From: an uncultured Nitrososphaeraceae archaeon
GTDB lineage: Archaea; Thermoproteota; Nitrososphaeria; Nitrososphaerales; Nitrososphaeraceae
Direction of reading: 5' to 3'
Assembly (NCBI GenBank): GCA_963779615.1
Contig: CAVZZA010000003.1
Coordinates: forward strand, 608,001-672,000
Length of the DNA: 64,000 nucleotides
The translations under genes were made by a program, and so were the position numbers. Numbering within the stretch: the first letter of the stretch is position 1; each line of letters begins with the position of its first letter. The notes under the pieces were generated by a model. That model did no database searches and was not told the origin of the DNA. It saw only the letters and a list, made by a program, of their open reading frames with translations. Shown piece after piece: positions 55,047 to 64,000 of this stretch.

Positions 55047-55769
55047 TTATTGAACTTTTGCCTGGCTCTTCTTTTTTTGTACGTTATTCAATTCTTGACT
55101 ATAGGAACAGGTGACATCATCTACACAGGTATCTGAAAATGATAAAACAAAACTGTACTTTTTACCCCAATTTTTTTCATAGTGATAAGGGTTGTTGAAT
55201 GAAATTGGATAATCCAGAGTTGAATCCACATGTACCCATTTTCCACCGATTAGTGATTCATTCCAACAGTGATCAAGAAAATCATGGACAATTTTTGTTT
55301 CAATTGACAGTGAATTCAGTATTGCCCCAAATAACATAGACCATTCACTGCATCTGCCTATCCTATAATCTGCAATCTCCTCTATTACACCATATCTTGG
55401 AAATACCGTCATGGATTTGCAGGTAGGGCATGAATAATGTTCGATTGCCCTTAACATCCAAGAGGTTCCCTTGATGTATTTAAAACTCATGGGTTTTTTG
55501 CATGTTTCACAACTTATGCTTTTACCCATCCATTTCATATAATCATTTTTAAACCACTGCAAAAGTGGTTTTAGGTGAGGCATTTTACCCGTTTGGCTGT
55601 TGCTAGTCTGTAACTCTTTTATTATTTTTTCAGGGATACATTGCTTGACATAATTTAGAATTTCATCTTCTTTGTATTGCCTTGTCACCTGTTTATACAA
55701 AGTGAAAGCATCTTTTGTGAAAGGAAAAGAAAAAGAGGCGCTATTATCAAGTTTAGGCAAATAAAACAA
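55047..55769 (-). CDS. peptide:N-glycanase (Png1/NGLY1)-like transglutaminase-fold protein
   Basis: LLQWFKxxYMKW, CETC/CPTC, FPRY, GRCSEW, DHCW, WVHVD, YEKNWGKKYSFV, DVT. Confidence 0.85.
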   Translation of the reverse strand: MFYLPKLDNSASFSFPFTKDAFTLYKQVTRQYKEDEILNYVKQCIPEKIIKELQTSNSQTGKMPHLKPLLQWFKNDYMKWMGKSISCETCKKPMSFKYIKGTSWMLRAIEHYSCPTCKSMTVFPRYGVIEEIADYRIGRCSEWSMLFGAILNSLSIETKIVHDFLDHCWNESLIGGKWVHVDSTLDYPISFNNPYHYEKNWGKKYSFVLSFSDTCVDDVTCSYSQELNNVQKKKSQAKVQ

Positions 55770-55881
55770 CGATGTACATGGTTAATGAAGTAACAGAGAT
55801 AATAAATATCCAACAGAACAATCAAAATTATGAAATTCAGTAAAGAAATTCAGACAAATGCCAAAATGATGAAGGTGTAAT

Positions 55882-56920
55882 AGATCTCTTGCATAATCAG
55901 AGACAGTAATCTTTATTAGCATGGCAATGACCGATGTTGCCCATCTAAAAAGATGATGACAATGTCCTGTAGTTTGCCATCCCTGCTAACACATCAGACA
56001 CTTTGTCAAACTTTTTGAGACCGTTTCTGAAGACATTGCTCATTGTCCTGTACTTTTTCATCCTGCAAATGGTGTGCTCCATCACTATCCTTTTTCTGGA
56101 GTGGTTCTGGTTGTACCTTTTTCCTCTTGAGACAGGTCTTTTTGTTGTCTCTTTTTGTTTGGCAAGGACGATATTTGGTCAGGAAAGTCTTCCCAACCCC
56201 GATATCCAAGGTCAAACACGCTGACAACCTGCTTTGGAGTGGCGGGATGACTCTTTTTGCAGATGTCATAGTCATACCTTCTTCCTCTCTTATGGCTTGA
56301 TTTGTGAATGATGAGGCCCTGGTTGGTGACCATAAGTTGTCTTTACGGTTTGCCTTTTCTTCTTTCAGAATAGTACATTTTCTTCTTTTTTTGTTCTTAG
56401 GCCTTGGTATCTGCTGTTCTGTGCAGATTTGTGAAAGACAGAAAGCCGGGAAAGTAATTTTCAACCTCTTCTGGTGTGCGCAGCCTTGTTGACAATCTGT
56501 GCATCTTTTGCGGAATTGGCACACACTTTCTTACCAGCGGATCAATCTTCTGCTATTCCCTGCAAATGTTGCTGTGGTCCAAGTCAAACAAAAAGCCAGC
56601 CAACGTGCAGGTTATATAAAAACGGAATTAGACCAAAAGCATCAAAAACCTGTTCTTTACATCCAGTATGAAACGTCGCCCAGCATCTATGGATCGTTTC
56701 CTACTCTCCTTTCTATTGGGTAAACGGCCCAGATCTCATGCCTGCCGTGTCTTTTTGATACCCCCTTATCATGAATGTCATCAAACTCCTTTGCTGTCAG
56801 GCAGGTGAATGACGAAAAGCAATTTTTTTGGATAGCCTGTCATACGAGAGCAAAGAAAGGACACGAGATTGATAGAAAGATGACCATAAATCTGTTTAGT
56901 GGCATTTATGCACGAGATCT
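55882..56920 (-). mobile_element. IS5-family element (ISL2-like, DDE_Tnp_4), degenerate transposase
   Basis: TIRs AGATCTCTTGCATAA / TTATGCACGAGATCT (14/15), AAT duplicated on both sides; fragments TEQQIPRPK, GRRYDY, DLGYRG in broken frames. Confidence 0.88.
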
Positions 56921-57008
56921 AATTTTCAAGAAATCCATCAATATAATCGTATGAGTTTAGAATAATACTATTGAAAAAAATAAAGAAACTAATAATTTTT
57001 TTCTAAAA

Positions 57009-58421
57009 TCAATCATGCGACATTATTTGACTTAATGTATCATTATAGCCTTGTTCCATTAGTGTATTTATCGTAACTGATGAAAAATCAGCAATTTTGC
57101 CCCATATGCTATCGGGATCATCGGATCGCTGTATCCTTGTAACTTTTGTAATCTTAAATCGGCCCTCAAGGAGGTCTTTGTACTGCCTTTGTCTTCCCGT
57201 CCTAGAATTACTTGATGCAGCCTCATTCAAGATTTCTTTAATTTCGTCTAAAGTAGCACCTTTTGCCTTGGCCAGTCCAATCAATTTTTGGGACAAATTC
57301 ACATAGTCTGTAACGATTTTTGCAACCTTCTCATCATAAGAGGTCTTGTTGCTGTATTGTATTGTATCCTGCAAATCCTTGATTCCGTTTCTATCGAAAG
57401 GCGGTGATTGGGATTTGTCAGATGGCCACAAGTCTACAATATAAATTTCAAGGTCCGGAACATGAGCTTTTTTCGCATCTTTCCAATAGTCCCGGTGGCT
57501 TTGTATCAATTCCCGCAGTGGTGTGTTACTCAATATTGCCCCATCCCAGAAATAATTTATATGGGTCTCTTTTCCCTCCCCGGGCTCATTGTTGCCATTG
57601 TTGATTGTTGTTTTGTTTTTTATACGACCATTTGATTTTTGTACTTGTATTGTTGTATAATCATAGAACTCGGGCACTGACGCACTTGCCATTACATAAT
57701 CAATCAGGACACCTGCATCGTATTCTATGATAAACTTCTGATCTCGTTTTTTTTCGTTGTAATTCTTATATTTTGATTCTCTCCTACCATCGGGTTTTTC
57801 ATAGCTATCAAATGTCACTGTTGCAGCATCTAACACATCAACACTGATAACAAGCAACCTTGGCTGTTTTTTATCTGAACTGGTGGCTATTGGAAAATCT
57901 GCGTATTTTCCAATGCTTTCCTTTAATGGATCGTATTTTGACCTATACCATTTGTTAAAGAAATTATCATAAAACCTGTCATCATCTATTGCAGTTGGCT
58001 TTGTAAATACATTGGTAGCACCGGTCATAAAAAAAGACTGTACTGAATAGTATCTTCTTGCAGCCTCTTCTGTGGCAGCAGTCGGATTATCCTTATTCAC
58101 ATACCAAGAAGACCATAAAGACTCATAATCAGGACTTGAGGAAAGTTGATCTGTCCAGAATTCCTCGAGTTTTTCTATTGATTTTTTCCAATCCCCGCCG
58201 TTTTTCAACACCTGACTGGTAAGGACTGCACCATTTATTGCACCTATAGAAGTGCCGGCTATAATATCAAATAATGGTTTACCATTGTAACCATGTTCAT
58301 TATCCTCTTCTGTCAGTTTTTCCCATAGCGCCTTGATGACTCCAACCTCGTATGCACCAAGTGCCCCTCCTCCCTGCAGGACAAGAGCTCTTTGTGTTTT
58401 TGGCACTTCTTTTGCAGCCAT
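57009..58421 (-). CDS. patatin-like phospholipase/esterase (paralogue of 5924-7471)
   Basis: QGGGALGAY, GTSIG, ASASVP, WDGAILSNTP. Confidence 0.92.
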   Translation of the reverse strand: MAAKEVPKTQRALVLQGGGALGAYEVGVIKALWEKLTEEDNEHGYNGKPLFDIIAGTSIGAINGAVLTSQVLKNGGDWKKSIEKLEEFWTDQLSSSPDYESLWSSWYVNKDNPTAATEEAARRYYSVQSFFMTGATNVFTKPTAIDDDRFYDNFFNKWYRSKYDPLKESIGKYADFPIATSSDKKQPRLLVISVDVLDAATVTFDSYEKPDGRRESKYKNYNEKKRDQKFIIEYDAGVLIDYVMASASVPEFYDYTTIQVQKSNGRIKNKTTINNGNNEPGEGKETHINYFWDGAILSNTPLRELIQSHRDYWKDAKKAHVPDLEIYIVDLWPSDKSQSPPFDRNGIKDLQDTIQYSNKTSYDEKVAKIVTDYVNLSQKLIGLAKAKGATLDEIKEILNEAASSNSRTGRQRQYKDLLEGRFKITKVTRIQRSDDPDSIWGKIADFSSVTINTLMEQGYNDTLSQIMSHD

Positions 58422-58521
58422 GCTATTTTACTCTTAGGCCATTATTTTTTATTGTTTATTTTTATACGTTATTGATTGATATTCTAATTCAATTGGTCAT
58501 GCAAAGCCAAACCAATTGTCA

Positions 58522-58566
<45 letters not shown>

Positions 58567-59066
58567 GTAACAATATTATTTATTTTTAATAGTTTCACTT
58601 TATAAAATAATTGGGTTCTATATTTTTGAATCCAATCCCTATCCGACATATAGCCACTTTTGATGGTTGAATGCAAATGATTTTATTTGAAAGTTATCCC
58701 TGCTAAAGCATCACCCCCTCCACTGCTAAATTAAAGACGTAAAGTATGCGCCATATCTTAGGTTGGATCCGTTTCTTCCTGGAATACCACAAATAAGAAT
58801 CAATAAGGAAATCCACAGTTTTTTCCTTATCTTAGATCATCACATGCGACTTTAAAAAAAACTAAAATAAAATGAAATAAAAGAGCAATCAACCATACCC
58901 AAGCATTAAAATAGCAATATCATAACACATAAAAAAACCAAACCCACAATTATTCTTCCTGGCCTTGACTATCCCTATTGATTATCTAAAGTAAAGTTTA
59001 ATTGAAAAACTATTGGTTCGTTATTACCAAGCTGAAGTATATAAAAGGTATACACAGTCACAGCAG

Positions 59067-59528
59067 TCACCGCTCCAGTAAAACTGTGTCATTTGAAAAT
59101 TCTATTTTATAGTTTTTTAATACATCTATGCCTAAAACGCTGGGAATTTCCATCACTAACCTATATTCATCTTCATTCTCTATCAGGGGTTTGGCCACAT
59201 AAATTGCTTCAAAATATTCGGCAAAACAGCATCGACTATCAAAATAAAATGTAAGAATGACATCTTCCAATTTTAGTAAATCCATAGAGCCAATTGAGGT
59301 ATGGGTTTTTTCTATATCGAGATTATGGTTATTTATTAATCCAAAACTAGTTTCTTCTTTGATGGATAATAACTTTAGTTTTATCGCATCCCTTACACTC
59401 AATATAGTCAGTGTGGATCCCGTATCTACTACAAAATTGATTATCGTTTTATCTATATTCTTATTTTGGACAAGAGCTCCTATGTAATATAAACTGCTGT
59501 ATTTTTCTTTGGATCCCTTAAAACGCAA
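59067..59528 (-). CDS. retropepsin-like (clan AA) aspartic protease
   Basis: FVVDTGSTLT and SVLGIDVL motifs. Confidence 0.8.
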   Translation of the reverse strand: MRFKGSKEKYSSLYYIGALVQNKNIDKTIINFVVDTGSTLTILSVRDAIKLKLLSIKEETSFGLINNHNLDIEKTHTSIGSMDLLKLEDVILTFYFDSRCCFAEYFEAIYVAKPLIENEDEYRLVMEIPSVLGIDVLKNYKIEFSNDTVLLER

Positions 59529-59839
59529 TTTATAATGTACAATTAGTATAATTTTCCAGATATTAATTTTATTAAAACAAATGGCGTATCTTTATTATTT
59601 CAAAAGTTCATCAACTAGTTTGTCAACTACTCGCTTGAGTCAATTTTGTTACAGCAAACATAAAAGTTTTTTTATATTGGTGGATTTGTTTCAACACATT
59701 ATAAACAGTATCAAAGTCCATATTAACACATATGAAAAATTCATTTCGGAGATCGGAAAACGAAAATGAAACCCTATAATACCATAGTAGGCCAAAATAT
59801 TATTATAATTATTTTGTTACTGCTTATTTATGATAATGG

Positions 59840-61276
59840 ATGAAATTGTATGTCATTTATGGAGTAATAATGATAAATTATAACAAAAAGTCAGTAATAA
59901 TCTCATTCACTCTTATCATCTCCTATACTTTATGTTGTTGCGCATCCACTACTTTAAAGGAAACAACAGCATTACCCAATACTACAGCACTAGAGAAGAT
60001 AAAGGCAAATCCAACACAAAATAACGCCCATTATCAAAATTTATTGGCATTGTATAATGCAAGTCTTATAGATGGCAATAATGACAAGATAAGGCCAGAC
60101 ACAACAGTAATTATTAACGAAAGCAGGATTGTCGACATTATTGATGAAAACGACACAAACATTATTGCCAAATACCGTTTCCATAAAAACGATATAAACG
60201 CCACTTTAATAGATCTTTCAGGTAAATTCATAGTCCCAGGCTTATTTGACACTCATGCTCATGTAGCGGGAGTGCTTAAAAATTCCTTCAATCATACATC
60301 TTCTGAAGAAATGCTCAGGAAGCTTTTAGCCTACGGCGTTACAACAATTAGGAATCCTGGCGGGCCAACTGAGCAATCTGTGGATTTAAAAGAAAAAGCA
60401 TCATCTGGAAAAATCGTTGGACCACAAGTATTTACCGCTGGAAGACTGTTGAACTCTCCATTTGTCCCAATACCTTTTGTAGAAAAGAAAGTCAATTCAA
60501 TAAAAGATCTTGGAGAGGAGATAGACAATCAAGCAAAAGCAGGGGTCGACTTTGTCAAGATATATGTTGGCATTACACCGGACTTGGTAGAGGAGGCAAT
60601 AAATAAAGCCCATTCTCACGGAATTAAAGTAATTGGACACCTCTACTTGACAAGTTGGACTGATGCGGCCAATATGGGAATTGATTACTTAACTCATGGT
60701 GTTCCCGTCAATCCTCATCTACTGTCAAATAGTAACAGGGAAATTTTTGAGAGAAATGGGGGTGGGGGCCCTTTCGATCATTTTCTTTGGCTAAAACTAG
60801 TAGATATTGACAGCATAGAAATAGATGAAATGATAGATGCGCTTGTAAAAAACAATGTCTATGTAGATCCCACCTTAAGCATATACGAGGCCATGGTAAG
60901 GGATAATCCCAAAGATCAAAATGTTTGGCCAAAGATACTACAATTGACAAAAAAAATGCATGATGCTGGCGTAAAGATTACGTCCGGAACAGATATACCA
61001 AACTTTGGTCTTGCCGCTGGAAAAAGCCTTCACCGTGAACTTGAATTGCTTGAAGACTCGGGCATTTCAGCATCGGAGGTAATCCGAATTGCCACAAGAA
61101 ACGGTGCAGAGTCGCTTGGAATATTAAACAATACAGGCACAATTGAAAAAGGAAAGCAGGCAGACATGATAGTTCTACCATCAAACCCCCTAGAGGACAT
61201 CAGCAATACCAAAAACATTGAGATGGTGATTAGCAATGGTAAAATTGTTGACAGAAATAAGGCATTATCAAATTAA
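59840..61276 (+). CDS. secreted metal-dependent amidohydrolase
   Basis: PGLFDTHAH, GVTTIR, GVDFVKIY, GH, THG, GTD, GTIEKGKQAD. Confidence 0.92.
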   Translation: MKLYVIYGVIMINYNKKSVIISFTLIISYTLCCCASTTLKETTALPNTTALEKIKANPTQNNAHYQNLLALYNASLIDGNNDKIRPDTTVIINESRIVDIIDENDTNIIAKYRFHKNDINATLIDLSGKFIVPGLFDTHAHVAGVLKNSFNHTSSEEMLRKLLAYGVTTIRNPGGPTEQSVDLKEKASSGKIVGPQVFTAGRLLNSPFVPIPFVEKKVNSIKDLGEEIDNQAKAGVDFVKIYVGITPDLVEEAINKAHSHGIKVIGHLYLTSWTDAANMGIDYLTHGVPVNPHLLSNSNREIFERNGGGGPFDHFLWLKLVDIDSIEIDEMIDALVKNNVYVDPTLSIYEAMVRDNPKDQNVWPKILQLTKKMHDAGVKITSGTDIPNFGLAAGKSLHRELELLEDSGISASEVIRIATRNGAESLGILNNTGTIEKGKQADMIVLPSNPLEDISNTKNIEMVISNGKIVDRNKALSN

Positions 61277-61409
61277 CACATATTTTTATTATATTATCAC
61301 CTCATAAAGGAACAAAATAGAGAAAAACAATTGTGCATTATATGTCATAAGATCCTCTAAATAGTCACCTATAGTCACAAACAATACCTTAAGTTGAGAT
61401 CACCAGGTT

Positions 61410-61902
61410 TTAATAGTTATAGCTATTCGCTTTAAATGGAGTTTTAACAGTCAATTTATAAATTGATGTCCTGCAAAAGAATATACAATCTATAAGAAAC
61501 CTCTTTTGTTCCATTTTAATTAAGAGTTGAAAAAGTTTTTGCTCATCCACTACAAAATCTGAAAAATAAACAGGCCGTGGCGTTGGAAGGGATGACTGGC
61601 CAACAAAATAAGTTGTTTGCAATTATTTTTTGCAATCGCCATCTCCATTCCAGTCCCATAGGTAGGACTAACTGCTATAACAACTAAAACATCAGCCATG
61701 CTTACATGTTTTAAATCATGCTCTACAACATCTTTAGAAAGTTCCGGTTTATCCCTAAAGTCATTTATGTGGGAATTATCCATGTTTTTTTCCAAAAGGT
61801 GATTCATAGTGTCAAATCCGTTTCTCTTTTAGCACATGCATATAGTTTTTTTATTTTTTCAATTCCTCCATAGCCAATAGAACCGCAAATCATTATTTTC
61901 AA
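61410..61902 (-). pseudogene. nucleoside 2-deoxyribosyltransferase-like, frameshifted
   Basis: KIMICGSIGYGG / DLKHVSMADVLVV..PTYGTGMEM / PTPRPVYFSD in successive frames. Confidence 0.65.
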
Positions 61903-62391
61903 TAAGAAAACTCCTTTTTGTATTTTGCAATATTTAAGAAATGTTTTTCTGCATCCATAAATCTATAATGAAATGCAGTTGACAAACACATGGCAAAATA
62001 GACACATCTTGCCAATAGTTTTTCTATTTATAAAACAATACCAAAACCAAAACCAAAAATATAATTCTATATTCAATATAAAATTTTTATTGAATAATAT
62101 ATCTATAATTATTTACGTTCATTCACAGTGCGCTCATCAATTATAAAGAAAACGTAGGTATTAGATTATAGGTGTAAACATCTGCCAAGTCAATCAGCAC
62201 CAGCACCACCACAATTTATCTAAAGGGTTCGGCAAATGTTATGGTCAAACACTAATTTGTTATTAAATAAATCAATTTGATATGTTATTGGGTAACATCC
62301 AAGAAAAACTACTAATCCTCTGTAATGAAATCAAGAACTATGGTAAAGGCTTGCAAATTGAGACTTTTTTTATTTCTTTAACAAACAGATA

Positions 62392-62844
62392 TTAATGGAT
62401 GTCCTCCTCATCCTCTTCCCCTATTATTTCATTAACATATTTAGAACTGATATCACCATCATCGAACACTTGGCCTACTTTCAAATAATTTGAATCATTA
62501 CCATTTAATTGCTGCGTCAGCTGCTGCTGTAATCTGGCCATAATATCCATACGGATGGGTGAAATAGTCGGCAACAGTTGGGTTACGGATAATGGAATAT
62601 CATCGTTCTCAGAGTCCTCACTATAATATAGACTCAGGCTAAAGGATCTAGAGCCAATGTTTCCTAATTCAATTATTTTTGGTTCTGCTTTTACCTTATT
62701 ATTTTCCTCATCTTTTATAATAGATATTATAGCGTCATATTTTGATTCGATGTTTGCTGCTAATTTTTGCTTTTCAGCTTCTGAAAAATTTGCGTTTAAT
62801 TGTGATAGAGTATCAACAAATGATTGTTCTAATCTTATGAGCAT
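62392..62844 (-). CDS. hypothetical protein
   Basis: 150-aa ATG ORF with acidic C-terminus. Confidence 0.55.
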   Translation of the reverse strand: MLIRLEQSFVDTLSQLNANFSEAEKQKLAANIESKYDAIISIIKDEENNKVKAEPKIIELGNIGSRSFSLSLYYSEDSENDDIPLSVTQLLPTISPIRMDIMARLQQQLTQQLNGNDSNYLKVGQVFDDGDISSKYVNEIIGEEDEEDIH

Positions 62845-63389
62845 AACTTTAGATATATGGTATTATGAAAAAATATAAATGCTTAAGAATAGGAATCTTA
62901 TTTTCTACTCACAATTACATAAAGAAAAATAAAAATGTTGATCAATCCCCATATTTATTTTTCTTAATCATTACAAATTATTGATCCCACAATACAATAT
63001 AATTTTAAAAAATAGCAAGTTCTAGCTAAAACAATTTTGCCGATAATAATTGGAGTTATAATCCAGGTACTAAAAGAATGTGTTTACATCTGTTCCCATT
63101 TACAATGATCTCCAAGATTTATTTCTTCTTTCTATTTATCAATTATCCACCTTTTTTCCTCTAGTCATTCTTTTAATTGTTTAAATGGTTCGATCGTTTT
63201 AAAATGCAGTTAATGAATTTCTTTAATCTGTAGGTTTATTTACTATTTTAATTCATCAATCTAATCATCATTTATCATGTCCCTATTTTTTATATTACAA
63301 TTAATTTTTTATGTTAACTAATATCTCCATAACTTTAAGTTGCAATACTGAGAACACCCATGCGACTTTTTTTCATTTACTTATTTCAT

Positions 63390-64000
63390 TCATTTTATGT
63401 TTATGAGGTATTTTACATGGGTCAATCGTTTGTCTACAGGTATTCCGTTGGAAAATTGAATAGCACTTTCCTTAAATACTATTTCATGTTCCACTCCTGC
63501 ACCTAAAGGCTGGATAAAGAGGTAACAACCGGCCACCATTCCAGGATAAGTCCCTGCTTTATAATGATAATAGCTATCCTCAACGTAGGTTAAAGTGGTT
63601 TTAAAAGGATTTACGAAACACTTTTCGCGGTCGGATGGGTTTTTATGGGTATTAATCACTTCAACGCCATCAACACTTGCAGAAAAGCTTGCTTGGGGGA
63701 GCACCCATACAGCACAATCTAAAAGTGCCTTTTCAGTTTTGTAACCTTCAATTTCACTACAGCCACTTCCAACAATTTGAACCATCAAAGACTTGCCCTG
63801 ATGGACAGTACACTTTCTAATTTCCGGTTCAGTTATATCGGCCCGATCTTTTCCATCTGGCAGAAACCAAACAGGACCGCCATCCTGGTTCCAAGAACAC
63901 TTTTCAGGAGAATAACTATCCCTGGGGTGGGATAAGCTAGGATTATTCTTAATATCTTTGATACCCAAATGATAGTCCCACCAATCATTAGCCCATTTGG
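63390..64000 (-). CDS. hypothetical protein, 5'-truncated by the window edge
   Basis: the frame stays open to the edge (KWANDWWDYHLGIK...HP.D...C..NQ.GPVWFL). Confidence 0.7.
   Translation of the reverse strand, partial: KWANDWWDYHLGIKDIKNNPSLSHPRDSYSPEKCSWNQDGGPVWFLPDGKDRADITEPEIRKCTVHQGKSLMVQIVGSGCSEIEGYKTEKALLDCAVWVLPQASFSASVDGVEVINTHKNPSDREKCFVNPFKTTLTYVEDSYYHYKAGTYPGMVAGCYLFIQPLGAGVEHEIVFKESAIQFSNGIPVDKRLTHVKYLINIK

Overview
This is an AT-rich, gene-sparse archaeal window. It most likely comes from a soil ammonia-oxidising thaumarchaeon (Nitrososphaeraceae, Nitrosocosmicus-like), inferred from the 20S proteasome subunits, archaeal-type ATP-dependent DNA ligase, F420-dependent LLM enzyme, two-domain multicopper oxidase, TATA-like promoters and long intergenic gaps. 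It is an accessory region of about 45 CDS: transporters, SDRs, methyltransferases, two patatins, ferritin, a histidine kinase and secreted proteins. It also holds two decayed IS5-family elements with recognisable TIRs, a 140-bp MITE and several frameshifted or nonsense pseudogenes. No rRNA, tRNA or CRISPR array was seen. The most notable items are (1) a linked proteasome beta-alpha pair with a propeptide-less, catalytically intact beta and an alpha whose gate motif is rewritten; (2) a eukaryote-like Png1/NGLY1 peptide:N-glycanase core; (3) an Fpg/Nei glycosylase with Ser in place of the catalytic N-terminal Pro, facing a DNA ligase; (4) an MCO-ZIP-MntR operon with a visible operator; (5) filled and empty copies of a MITE insertion site. 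All family assignments come from motif recognition by eye, with no database searches.
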